A stretch of DNA of 63,866 bases, filler included, from Chiloscyllium plagiosum (GCF_004010195.1; 3 parts of one record of this genome joined end to end with filler, not necessarily neighbours in it), one strand, 5' to 3'; shown: positions 38,354 to 51,067, counted from the first letter of the whole stretch. Program-made: numbers and translations. The notes: generated from the sequence alone by a model not told the origin.

Positions 38354-38455
38354 CTCTAACATCTGCTGAAAATCTAGCTGAATGGCGTGATACAAAGAGT
38401 TTGAGTTCCTGATCTAGGTTGCAGGCTATCAAGTCTGTGTCCCAAGAGCGGATAC
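38354..38455 (-). CDS. MAP1B: MAP1B exon 2 (G/IRSWDTDLIACNLDQELKLFVSRHSARFSADVR/G), 102 nt
   Basis: Acceptor cttttccag and donor gtaagg, phase 1-1. Matches recalled MAP1B GIRSWDTNLIECNLDQELKLFVSRHSARFS. Confidence 0.92.
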
Positions 38456-39317
38456 CTGGAAAGAAAAGCAGCAACATGGAATTATTTCTAGCAGGTACCA
38501 GGATCCATAGTAAAGAAACCTTGCACAATCTCTATTTCAGGTTGAAATGGTGGTAATTAAATGTTAACCCTCTGGATGCAGACTTAAAGCTTGGTGCATG
38601 TGAACATAGAAATACCTTTTTCTTTAGAGACTAAGAATTTACCTTGAATGCTCAAACACCACGAAAAGATTCCGATGTCATTATAGAGTGCATTGAAACA
38701 GCTCAAAAGTAACTTGTATTTTGTTTTTATTTAATTAATATTGTCCAGGACTGAACTATATGTCAGAAAATTCCAAACTAAATTTTCAGTAGCTGGTAAA
38801 GGTAGCAAATCGCAGGCAGGGGATTCAAAGTGCCACTGAAGTGCTTCTACAGCTAACCAATGACCAATTACCCACACTGACTAGTGCTAATGTGTAGCCA
38901 TGAGGTCCACACAGATTTGGCCTTGGTTCTAATGTCCTTAAAGGCTAACAAATCTGATGACACTAACTTATACATTGAAAATATGGACTTGGCTAAGACA
39001 TTGGTGAGCTAGTCCCATTCATATATATTTTAAAATAAAATGGTGCCTGCATAGGACATCACAATTAAAAAGGGTAAAAAAGCACTTCAAGCTTAACAAT
39101 ATGTCCATTTCAACAATATGTCTCATATAGTTTTGATGAAATATAACTTCACATAGGTTCATGATCATGTCCATGAGACTTTATCAGACAGTTATGTCTT
39201 CATTAGTCTTCTTTAATTCAAGGTAAAATAAAGCAGCATAGAGACAAGCCACATGTCCTCATAGTAAATCTGCCCAGAGATAAGCTTATATGACTTGGTT
39301 GCCATGGAGACAAGGAA

Positions 39318-39408
39318 GCTGGAAATGTGTTGCTGGAAAAGCGCAGCAGGTTGTTTCCAGCAACACATTTCCAGCTCTGATCTCCAGCATCTGCAGACCT
39401 CACTTTCT
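39318..39408. mobile_element. 91-bp mini fold-back PLE derivative
   Basis: Inverted repeat GCTGGAAATGTGTTGCTGGAAA / TTTCCAGCAACACATTTCCAGC. Perfect 16-bp TSD CCATGGAGACAAGGAA at 39302-39317 and 39409-39424. Confidence 0.88.
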
Positions 39409-39486
39409 CCATGGAGACAAGGAACCATGTCAAAATTTAATGAAAGTAAAATGCAAGCATTAACACCTGGAAAGAGGAGAACAGGC

Positions 39487-39722
39487 TGTAGTGAGTGTAA
39501 TGAGGTCAACCAAATAGACCTCAGACTATTAGTTCCCTGATTGGGGTTGGGGGGTTAACCTAATCCAATCAGGGAGCTCTGGCTGAAAGATATAAACAGG
39601 AGTGTTAGAGGTTTTGTTCACTAAGACCTAGTTGTGAGGGAGCTGGATCAGTGTCAAGGACTCTCCATGTGTAAATAAAGGGTGACTTGGTGACGGGATA
39701 CAGCCTCTGTGGAGTTGTTTCA
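39487..39722 (+). mobile_element. Solo LTR
   Basis: TG...CA termini, 5-bp TSD CAGGC (39482-39486 / 39723-39727), and internal CCAAT, TATAAA (~39591) and AATAAA (~39674). Confidence 0.75.
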
Positions 39723-40725
39723 CAGGCAATGTTCTTGCTGCAGACAGACTTTCAATGTCACCCTGAGACATTTGAGAAAGGTACAACAGGTACTGCTGTG
39801 CTAAGCATGGAAAAGAATTGATTTTGGCTTAACTTCCAAGCAGAGTACATGGGAGAAATGGGCCAACTATTCAAAGGAAGCTTGTTGAGAGTTAAAGAAT
39901 AAAATGTTGCTGCTGGAAATCCATTTGAGTATGTTCAGGAAAATAAGTGAAAGTGATTTTGTTTAAAAAGATACAGAACAATTCACCGTAATAGCAGAAA
40001 GAGGATATTCTGGAGGAGCTTAACTTTAAATAATATTTTGCTTTTAATTTTGCCTGAAATAGAAAGCTGTGTTTCTACTCAGTGTGATGTAATATATAAA
40101 ATGTCATGAAACTTTGGCTGTTTTAAGAAGTTAGAGAATACCTTTTCTGTTATAAAGTCAATTAGTCATATACTAACATGGAGTTGATGTTGATTTCAGA
40201 TAGTTTATTCACAGCAAATGTCCTAAAATGTGAAATCTCATTGTGTGGTCTTGTGTGTTGGTCACTGGGAAACTCATTCATAAACTTACATAACCCTCCA
40301 AGGCTATTGGGACATTCACATGAAGGCTCAGCGAGCAGTTGCACCACTAACATGATCAAGTGTACATTTCAAGACTGATTTATTTTGATTCCAAGTGTTA
40401 CATTTCCTGTTCATTTATAATGAATATCCTTGATCAATATTAATATACAATCTGCCCCTGTACCTAAGGAATTGGGAGGGCAGAATGGTGATTCCTTTAG
40501 TTTTTACCATAAAGGAACTGGAACAGATGGATATCAATGTCCTTGACTGGCAGCGCAAAGATGCCTTCAAGGAGCATTCATCAATTCTGGCACCAGCCAT
40601 CATCCCTCACAACCATAGAAAACAATTCTATAATGAGTAACAAAGTGGCCTTTATTCTATAATGCTGTACAATTCCTATTATATCTCTCACATGCATTGA
40701 AATAGCTGAAGTTCCTTCATGGGAA

Positions 40726-42660
40726 GATGACGGTGTAGTGGTATTGTCACTGGGGAGTAGACCCCACACTCAGGCGATGCTCTGGAGCCTGGGTTTGAAT
40801 CCCACCATATAGATGATGAATAATAAATAATCAAAAACCTGGAATTAAAACTAAAGTGGTCACCCATAATCCATGGTTAATCAGCACAAAACGATTAGGT
40901 TCATTAATGTCCTTCGAGGGAAGAAAACTGCCACTGGGTCTAGCGTACATGTGACTCCAGACCCACAGAAATGTGGTTGACTCTTAACTGTGCTCTGAAA
41001 TGGCCTAGCAAGTCACTATGTCGTAACAAACTGCTAAAAAGTCTTTAAAAAAAGGAATTAAACAGGCCAGGCCACCTGCTATCAAATAAGGCACTGATAA
41101 CTACTAAGACAAACTAAATCAACACTGCAATTAAAGGAAAAGACTCCACAAATGTCCTTATTCTCAATGATGCGGGAGCTCAAGGATGAAAGGATAAGGC
41201 TGAAGCATTTGCAACCTTTGATTCAGTCCATATGATATTGGATACTGCAAAGGCTCTGGCAATAGTACAGAACATATGCTCCCGAACTAGTTGTACCTTT
41301 AGCTAAGCTGTTCCAGCAACAATGTTGGCATCTACCTAACAATATGGAGATTTGCCCACATATGTCCTGTTCACAAAAGACAGCACAGATCCAAGCTAGC
41401 AATTACTGCCCTATTAATCTGCTCTCAATCATTAGTGAAGTAATGGAAGGTGTCATCAACAGTGCTTTCCAGTAGCACTTGCTCACCAATGCCCAGCTTG
41501 GATTGCACCAGTGTCATTCAGCTCCTGACCTCATTACCACATTTGGTTCAAATACAGACAAAGAGCTGAACTCAAGAAGGGAGGTGGGGTTACTGCCCTT
41601 GACACATTTAACTAAATGCATTTTCAAGGAGCCCTCACAAAGTTTACAATCAGTGAGAATCAGAGGGAAATATCCATTGATTAATATCATACCTAGTACA
41701 TAGGAAGATGATTGTGGTTGTTCAAGGTCAGTCATCTCAGTTCCAGAACGTCCCTGCAAGAGTTCCTCAGGGTAATGCCCTAGGCCCAAACCTCTTCAGC
41801 TGCTTCATCAATGACTTTCCCTCCATCATAAGGTCAGAAGTGGGTATATTTGCTGATGATTGCACATTCGTCACTCCTCAGATACTGAAACAGTGCATGC
41901 CCTAATGCAGTAAGACCTCAACAATATCCAGGCTCAGTTGATAAAGTGGCAAGCAATATTCAAACCACACCAGTGCTAGGCAATGGCCACCTCCAAGCAG
42001 AGAAAAATATAACCATCACCCTTGACATTCAATTGTATTGCCATCACTGGACCTCCGCTATCAATATCCTGGAAGCTACTATTGACAAGGAACTGAACTG
42101 GACTAGCCACAAGTACCATGGCCACAAGAGCATTTCAGAATCTAGGAATCTTCACCTGGCCAATTAACTCACCTCCTGACTTCCCAAATCCTGTCTACAA
42201 TCTGCAAAGCACAAGTCAGGAGTGTGATGGAATGCTTCTCATTTGTCTGGATGAGTGCAGCTCCAACAACACTCAAGAAACTTGATACCATCCAGGACAA
42301 TGTAACTAGATGGACTGGCACAAAATTCTCAAACTTTTCTCTCCACCACTGGTGCACAGCAGCTGTAATGTGTACCATCTACAAGGCTCCTTTGACCTTT
42401 CCAACACAAAACTATTAACATCTAAACTGACAAGGCTCCATCACCACCTTCAAGATCCCATCCATGCCACTCACCATCCTTTTGTTATTCTTTCAGTGTT
42501 GATGCTTCAAAATTGTGCAACTTCTTCCCTAATGGCACTGTGATTGTACATACACCAAACTGACTGCAGCTGTTCTTGATGTCAACTCATCACCATCTTC
42601 TCAAGGATAATTAGGGAGAGACAAGTAAGTGTTGGACCCACCAGCAAAGCCCATATCTTT
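40726..42660 (+). mobile_element. Internally deleted CR1/L2-type LINE preceded by a tRNA-like head
   Basis: A-box CGGTGTAGTGG (40731-40741) and B-box GGTTTGAATCC (40792-40802). RT fragments VPQGNALGPNLFSCFINDFP...FADDCT and KKLDTIQD. Confidence 0.7.
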
Positions 42661-45264
42661 AAATGAAAGAGATGCTTTGGACATAGCTACAGTTGAATTT
42701 CATTCAAATCTTGTTAAATTTCCTGATAAATATTCAAGTAAGTTCTCAATCTGTCCATTTAGTTTTCCTAGTGTGATTTGAGGCTATATGGACCATGGTC
42801 CTACTTGGCAGCAATACAAAAAGAATATTGCATACAATAATGCTCCATGTATTCAACAATCATGGTTTGTTTTCTGCTAATCAAAATTTTAACTGGCTCC
42901 TTGAGTCAAGTATTTAGTTACTGAATTCCAATCAAGCCAATAAAATCCAAACCATAAGATAGTCTACTGTTGCATCTATTTACAGTTAAACTTGCCTGTG
43001 CTATACACATAGATGCACTTCTTTCTTTAAAAGCGACAGCAAGACTGCGTGACTAATCAGTTTAATGTCCAGGCATGAATCCAATTCCTAGATTAAATAC
43101 TGCAGTGAAAAGGGTGGGTCATTTCAAAGGCAATTCCTTGGGACCAAAGCTAGTATCTGTTAGATTATTGCTGCGACATGTTTGACTGTCTATAATAGTG
43201 GGTTCTTCACAACACTTCCCCAAAGCACATGCTTTATTCTCAGCATGCATCTCTCCCTACCTAACAGGTACAAATGACTCTCACCACTTACCATCACTGC
43301 TGCATTTCACTATTACATATTTAAACTCATCTGTTTCAGTGACAGATAAATACCCAGATGTAATAGAAGTTATTTATATATCTGGAGAATGTATTGTTCA
43401 TATTAGACATGAATTTAATGGGAAACCTCACCTTCAAACAAAACTACTCGTAATTAAAAGCCATGAGCATTTATTGTTCACCCTTCAGTTTTACAGAATT
43501 CTGTGGATTGCTAGGCCACTTCAGAAGTAGGTAAGAGTCAGCCATGTTAGTGTGGAGCTGGAGTCACATATTGGCCAGATTGGACAAGGATGGCAATTCT
43601 CCTTCCATAAAAATGATATCAGTGAACTAATTGAGTTTTCACAACAACTAGCATCATTGTGGTCATAGGCACCATCTTTTTGTTTGTTTTTCTAATGAAT
43701 TAAATTTCTCTAACTGCCATAAGAAATGAAACCCCTATCTTACCACACCAATCTGAAAACAAGGATGCTTCTAGATGTCAAAAGGATGCACAATAAAGCT
43801 TTAATATCTACTTCTATAAAATATTGCACATTAGTAGAAATCTAACTCATAATGGAACACAATTTTCTCAGCAGATATTTTGTTGCAGTATAATATTTAT
43901 TTAGGAGATTGCAATGTATGTGCTTTTGCCCATCATCAATATCAATTCTGACTGCAGGTTTGGAAAGTCAGTGAGCTCAGATTCTGAAAATGGAGGAAAA
44001 GCAAGAACGCATACAATGCATTCTGTACACTGTAATGGTATCTCCTGAGCTGATTAAAAATCTGTTATAATACATTATGAAAATAATAGGAAATTGGGCA
44101 AATATTTAAAATGTGCACATCATTTGTTTCCCACTGTAACAGGAAAGCAATTAAATCAAATAAAAGGTCATTTATAATAGTTTAAAAATATATAGTTTAA
44201 AAAGCAGCAGCCTTTATGACTTTCTCCTTGTATAATAACGCATTCACCAGCTTCACCAGCTGTCTGAAGATTGTTGGGCATCATGTCTAACTGTCACTCA
44301 TTTTATTCATAAACACAACCATATACTTATAAATAATACTGTGAAGTGTATGCCTCCCTTATTCAGATGCAAAACTGGAGCCTTCCACTCTCAATTAGTG
44401 ACAAAGGGGAAAATAAAAAATTCAAAATTAACCCAACATTCAAAAAGCATGTAGGTCCCTGTTGATTGAGAACAGAATAGCAACCAGTGACTATGGAGAA
44501 ATCTCTTGCTCTAGTTGCCCCACCCATCTGAATGAACAATGAGACATGGAGTCCACAAGCCTAAGGAAATATAAATAGGGAAGCTAACAGAAGGGACAGG
44601 TGGGGCTGGTGAAAACACGGCTATAATTATTATTATTAATACATTTATTCAAGATGTAAATGAGCCACCTACATTTAATTAATGATGGAAGTGATGATGG
44701 ATGTATTCTTTCACAATATTCTTTCTATTCTTCTATTAATTCATACAAGCACAAAGCTTCAGTAATCTGTAAACCTTGCTTTCATTCATATTGATTCAGT
44801 TCTGGTTCTAATAGAGACGTTTTTGGCTGTAATTACTGTTGTATTTTCAATTGATATCCAAATCTTTCTACTCAATATTTGCATATTACATATTATTATG
44901 CCCGTCACACTAATTAATCCCCAATGCAGAGATGGGGTCTCGGTATGAAATATCCATGATTGTATCTATTATGAACACCGAATAACGCTTGGCAACAGTC
45001 CAGTTTTCCAGAATAATCTAATACGCCCGGAATAAAGTCTTTAAAACATCAGGAAAATTTATCTCCACACAGCTTTAAAACAGAATAAAATCATACGCTC
45101 TCTCCACTTACACACCCTATACCTTTATGTCTGCTAACAATTAATGTCATGCACGCAAAAGCGCTTTGCATTCGTGTTTTTAAAGATGTTGGGAGTTTCT
45201 AGAACATATGGATGGGATGGGGGGTATGGGGTACCGGGGAGGGACACCCCCTGGAAGTTGCAGG

Positions 45265-45283
45265 ACTACAATTCCCAGCAGGC
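45265..45283 (+). promoter_or_regulatory. ZNF143/Staf (SBS, ACTACA) motif in a CpG-rich patch of MAP1B intron 1
   Basis: ACTACAATTCCCAGCAGGC, with a nearby ETS-like CTTCCGG (~45328-45334) and local CpG enrichment over 45200-45430. Confidence 0.65.
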
Positions 45284-46525
45284 TCCTGAGCCAGCGTCCC
45301 TCCCTTTGTCTGAGTGTTCCCCAGCAGCTTCCGGACAGACCGCAGTGCGGAGACTGCACCACGCCCACGAGCCGGTACCGGCTCAATGAATGGGAAGCAG
45401 CAGCGGCAGCAGTTCAGGGCATTGCCAAGCACGTTTCTCACTGTCACTCGGTTTTCTCTCTTTATTGTCCCTTTTTATATTCAAAACTTAACCCATCCTC
45501 AAAAAATAAACATGCCTTTTTTTTGCGCTTCCCTCCGTTAGGTACAGCAACCTGCGATCAAAGCAGGATTCTGCTGCTGTCAATTTCAGACAGTGACAAG
45601 TGAGACTCAAATCGCTTTCACACAGAGGGGGTGGGGGGAAGGACAACGCCTTTAGACTCGCTAAACCCATGCAACGCTTCAAATATCCTGCCCAGAAGAA
45701 AAACTATGGCCCTGTCAATTCGAAACATCAAATCGGATGTATTTTTAAATGAAACCTATATTAAGATCCTGCAATAAGTTTCCCTGCAGCAACGCACAAA
45801 CAATAAAAGGGCGGCTACAGTTCGTTGCACAGGACGCCTGCGTGCATTGTTACACATGCTGGTGAACTGCACAGATTTAATACCATTTTTAGACGTACTT
45901 TTTTTTGTTGGTTTAGTTGATTTGGCAAAGATCTGCATGGAACGAAATGGTAAAAAGCGAGTGGAAGTAGATTTGAGTGCATGATCCCATTAATTAGACC
46001 TCTGCGTTTGAAACAACACTTTAATATTATCTGTCAAATAATTTGCAGAGTGAATTTTGTCCACTTCAAATAAATGCGCTTAACGTTCAAAAAACAGTCA
46101 GATTTCCGGAATTGCCTTTCATGGTAACTTCGATCCGCAACATGCGCCAACAGATGATTTAATGTTAGGTAGACCGGGAGGGATGGGTTATCTTTCAGCC
46201 GTATTAATTATATGGTTTTAATCCACAATATAAACTACAGATTCAAAGAAACTGCACTCCTTAAATGAATCGGTGCTCCCATTCCCTCGATCTGAATCTT
46301 ATTGATTTCTTCAAGGTTATCACTAAATCGCTGATACATCACAGCTGGATTTCCAAAAGCAGGAGCAACTGGCCTCCAAATCATTAAAATGTGATTTTAT
46401 TTTTTTAAAGAAAAGTTACAACGTTACATTTAAGTTCAGTATTCATAAACTGAGCATTGCCCTCTGCGTTTATCCCTCATGTTCCGCGTTATTGTATTAC
46501 TTAATGCTGCAGGCAAGCCCCTTAC

Positions 46526-46697
46526 CTCGCTCTATATCTGAAATGGCACATCTCAGATGATCTTCGGTAACAATTTCCCCAATAACTACTAGCAAATAGA
46601 ACTTATTGTCGAGGAAACGGTGAGTCAGGCTTGTGTTTGATGGTGATGGGCTTAGTTTGCTACACGAAGCTTCTGGGTCCTCCTCTATGGTCGCCAT
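46526..46697 (-). CDS. MAP1B: MAP1B exon 1 coding part (MATIEEDPEASCSKLSPSPSNTSLTHRFLDNKFYLLVVIGEIVTEDHLRCAISDIER/G), 172 nt
   Basis: Kozak aggATGG and donor gtaagg. Phase 1 joins exon 2. Matches recalled MAP1B N-terminus MATV...SLSHRFLDSKFYLLVVVGEIVTEEHLRRAI. Confidence 0.92.
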
Positions 46698-46739
46698 CCT
46701 CAGCCTCTCTGGCCGTACTCGGCACTAGACAGGGAGTGA

Positions 46740-46850
46740 GTGAGCCTGAGAGGCGAGGCTTGTCCGCTTTTATAGAGCAGACGTTAGCCGGCTCCAGGGG
46801 AGGAGAGACAACGAAACTGCCTACTTCACATCGCCAACTGATGTCATCGG
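46740..46850 (-). promoter_or_regulatory. MAP1B core promoter (TATA box, Inr-like sequence, CRE-like site)
   Basis: Minus-strand TATAAAA at 46768-46774, CTCACTCACT ~30 nt downstream, TGACATCA at 46839-46846, and a CpG-rich context. Confidence 0.65.
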
Positions 46851-48129
46851 CAGCGAATCAGACCCACGGCAAGCAGAGGCTGAACGTCCTCCAGTTTGCA
46901 GCAATGGTTGGATTACAGTGCGGTCAAGATTCCGCCAAGTTTTATTGTTTTGATTTCTGAACAGCTCTGTCCTCTCCTAGCCTTCTCCCTGTCATACTCA
47001 GGGTCAGGATATATTCAGGATTAACGCCTCTTGTTGCCAAATATTTGTTCAGGCAGAGCTGAGCGAATGTTGTAATAAATAATGACATTAAGGATGTTTC
47101 ACTTACTTGAATAAAGACCACATCTAAATGATTGTGTGCTTGAACCATTAGCTATTGACTATTGCTCAGTGGACACTGATAAACTTCAGCATGAATCTTA
47201 ACTCATCAATGGCACACAATGAGATGTTATAGAAGGGGAGAAACATAGAAAGATGGATGGAGCAGCAAAAGGCCATTTGGTTTATCATGGCCACTGGAAG
47301 CGAACCATCCACCTGTTGACCCTGTAGTAGTCAAGTAAATATCCAAGTGGTCGTTTTAAATGCAATGAATGTTTGCACCTTTGTCACCCAAAAGTGAATC
47401 ATCTCATTGTCAGTAAAAAAAAAATTACTCCTCAACTCCCCTTTAATGCTTCCACTTCTAAGTGTCAGATCGATGATTATTGACCTCTTTGACTATTCCT
47501 TCCTATCCATTCTGTCTTGGCCCACTGCAATTAGATCTTCCCTAAGCTTTCTCTGTTCCAAAAAAAAAACAAACCCAACTGATTTTTGTTTTCTGATTTC
47601 TAAAGTTCTAGATTTCTGGCAACTTCCTAATAAATGTCTACTGTATCCTCAGTAATAAGGACATCCTTCCTGTAAAGTCGTGAACAGATTGAACACAATG
47701 CAATGATGTTACAACCAAGTGAAGAGAAGAGATTAAACCTCTTTTTAAATCCTTCTTGGTCCATTGCAAAAATTATTTAAGTAAATCATTTTAGCACACA
47801 GATATCATACTTTAATTAAAGATGCAGCTAACTAGATCAAAATGAATGAATCCATTATCAAAGATTTCCTAAGTGAAAGAAAGGAATTTGATTCCTACTA
47901 AGCCTGAGATAATTTATAAAAACAAGAAACTAGACACATGTAGTGAGTTTAAAAGTGTGAGGGTTTGTTTCAAAGCAAAAGAATAAAGGCCATTAAGTTG
48001 AAAAGTTCTTAGAGTCACTGAGGTGTTGGAATTTAAGGTGAAATCTTAGTTGTTTAATTATTAACTAGTTCCCTTACCAGTGGCAAAACCCTTTTTGAGT
48101 TTATAATGAACCGCTGTTTTCCGAATTTG

Positions 48130-50300
48130 ATTTTTCACCATCTTCCAAGATGTTGAGGAAAAACTAGGGAGAGATGATCAGTGAATAAGAACTGATATAT
48201 GGGGACAGTGGAGAGGGAAACTAGGGCAAATTAAAAACACAATGAGAAGGAAGAAATGTGATAGGCAGAGAACTCAAAGGCAAGAATCAAACAGATCTAT
48301 AGCTCACAATAGCATGAATGGGATTAAGAATGTTAAGAAAAATAGACAAGCCTTAAGGCCTTATAGCTTAATGCACAAAGCATTTGCAATACAGTGGATA
48401 AATTAATCACACAAATAAATACAATTTAGTTGGGATTACAAAATCGCTGCTATAGGGTGACCAGGGATGGGAACTGAATATCCAAGAGCGTTCAATTTTT
48501 TGGAAGGACAAACACAAGGGAAAAGGAGGTGGGGTAAAGAGTAAATTAATGCAACAGTGAGGAAGCTGTGGTAAAGGGGAATCTGTATGGGTAGAGTTTA
48601 GAACACCAAGAGGCAGAAAACAGTAATGGGAGCTGTGTGTAGACTTCCAAACTGTAGTGGTAATATTGGGGAAGGCATTAAACATGAACTTAGAGATGCA
48701 AGAAAAAGATAAATCTATGGGATTATGGATAATAGTAAATCTGGATTATATTAGTTATGGGTTCTTTAATCTGCATATTGATTGGACAAATCAAATCAGC
48801 AACAATACTACAGTGGAGGAGTTTATGGAGTGTATATGGGATAGTTTCTGGATCAATACAATGAAGAGCTACAGAACAGGTCTGTTACAAGTTGAAACAG
48901 AAGTAGTTATGAAGTGGACCAAAGAGATGGCAGATCAATTAAATACTTTGGTTCTATCTTTACAAAGGAAGACACAAATACATGTCCCAAAAATGTAAGG
49001 GAACACCAAATATAGTGAGAGGGAGGAACAGTGTATTAATAGGAAAATGTTGTTGGGGAAATTGGCAGGATTCAATCCTGATAAATCCCCAGAGCCCAAT
49101 AATCTACATCCCAGTGTACTTAAGAAAAGTAGCCCTAGAAATAGTGAATGCGTTACTAGTCATTTTTCAAGATTCTATCAATTATTCTGTAGATTGGAGG
49201 GTAGCTAATGTATTCCACTCTTTAAAAAAGGTTAGGAGAAAACAGAGAATTATAGATAGGTTAGCCTGACATCAGTTGTTGAGAAATACTATTGTCCATT
49301 ATAAAGGATCTATTAGAGCATATGGAAAACAGTGAGAGGATCTGACAAAGTTAGCACGGATTTATGAAAGGGAAATCATGTTTGACAAATCTACTGGAAT
49401 TTTTCATGGATAAACTTATTTGTCTTTATAAGGTGGAGCCAATGGTTGTGGTTTACTTGGACTATTGGTTAGCTTTTGACAAAATCCCATGTAATAGGTT
49501 AGCATGTAAATTTAAAGTGCATGGGATTGGAGTACTGACATGAATAGAGAACTGACTGCAGACAGAAAACTAAGAATAAGCAGGTATTTTTCCAAATGTC
49601 AGGCAGTGACTAGTGAGGTAGTACAGGGATCAGTGCTTGGACCCCAACTATTCACAATACGTATCAATGGTTTAGATAAGAGAATGAAATGTAGTATCAC
49701 CAAGTTTGCAGTTGACACAAAGCTGAGTGGAGGCTAAACTGTGAGGTAGAAGCAGAAATGCTTCAGTGTGATTTCCGTGCCGCCCACAAATGGGGAAATG
49801 CATGGCAAATGTAGTATAATCTGGATAAACGTGAGATTATCCACTTTAGTAGCAAAAACAGGAAGGCAGGTTATTATAGTTTGGCAATAAATTTGAAAAG
49901 GGGGAGATGCAAGAAGACCTGGGTGTTCTTGTGCACTAGTCATTGAAAGTAAGCATCCAAATGCAGCAGACATAAAGAAGGCAACTGGTATGTTGGCCTT
50001 TATAGCAAGAGAATTTGAGTACAGGAGCAGGAATATCTTGCTGCAATTGTAAAGGGACTGGAGTATTGTATGCAGTTTTGGGTCTCTTTACCTGTGGAAG
50101 GATGCGCCGGTCTTGGAGGGAGTGCATCAAAGGTTTGTTAGACTGATTCCTGGGATGACAAGACTGAGGTGTGAAGAGGAACTGGATCAGTTAGGACAAC
50201 ATTCGCTGGGGTTTGGAAGAATGAGGGGGATGTCTAAGAAATCTATACAATCCTAACAGGACTTGATAGAGTAAATGCAGGAAGGATGTTCCTGATGATA
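48130..50300 (+). mobile_element. Old CR1-clade LINE (APE to RT), heavily decayed
   Basis: Fragments DWRVANV, VTSEVVQGSVLGPQLFTI...KFAVDTKL, and APE-region sequence at ~48360-48860. Confidence 0.75.
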
Positions 50301-50752
50301 CCCAGAAAACCCTTGTAGGTGGCCTCAATTTTAAATGTCTATACCCGCTAGTCAAAACTGTTGCTCAAACCATACAAACTCCAAATATGTCTAGTCATGT
50401 GTCTCCCATATAGACAATATATATGCAATATGGAATCAGGCATGTGACTGAGCAACAATGGCTCTCTTCTCCAAATCTTTTAAAATTCAAAAATAAAACA
50501 AAGAACTGTGAACACTGAACAGAAAAAAATAAATTTCTGGGGAAATTCAGCTGGTCTGGCAGCATTTGGAGAGAAAGCAGAGTTAACACTTAAAGGGTCA
50601 CTGGACTCAAACCATTGCTGGAGGAATGGAATTTAAACACAGGGAGATTATGCTGCAGCTGGAGTACTGTGTACAGTTTTGGTCTCCTTACTTGAGAAAG
50701 TTGAAAATCACACAACACCTGGTTGTTGTCCAACATATTTATTTGGAAGTAT

Positions 50753-50781
50753 AAGCTTTCGGAGCGCTGCACCTTCTTCAG
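50753..50781 (-). ncRNA. Hammerhead-like motif (family 2, minus arm)
   Basis: CTGAAGA-A-GGTG-CAGCG-CTCC-GAAA-GCTT, with one stem II mismatch. Confidence 0.45.
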
Positions 50782-51038
50782 GTACCTAGTGGGGCAGGAT
50801 CATAGGACACAGACTTTATAGTAAAAGATTAAAATGTCATTCAATTGATGCGAAGTATTGAACAAACCTAGATTGCTATTAAGGTTTTAATCACTTAGAA
50901 TGGGGATGTAGATTTTGAACAGCAATCTAGGTTTGTTCAATATCTATGACTCTATGACTCAATACTTTGCATCAGTTGTATGACACTATAACCTTTTGCT
51001 ATTAATTCTGTGTCCTATGATTCTGCCCCACTAGCTAC

Positions 51039-51067
51039 CTGATGAAGGAGCAGCACTCCGAAAACTA
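51039..51067 (+). ncRNA. Hammerhead-like motif (family 2, plus arm)
   Basis: CTGATGA-A-GGAG-CAGCA-CTCC-GAAA-ACTA, with possible stem I AGC(T)AC/GTGCT. Confidence 0.5.

Noticed and set aside
45144..45603. Overlapping ORFs of 68-131 aa in MAP1B intron 1
   Set aside because: No recognisable domain. Expected by chance in a GC-rich patch.
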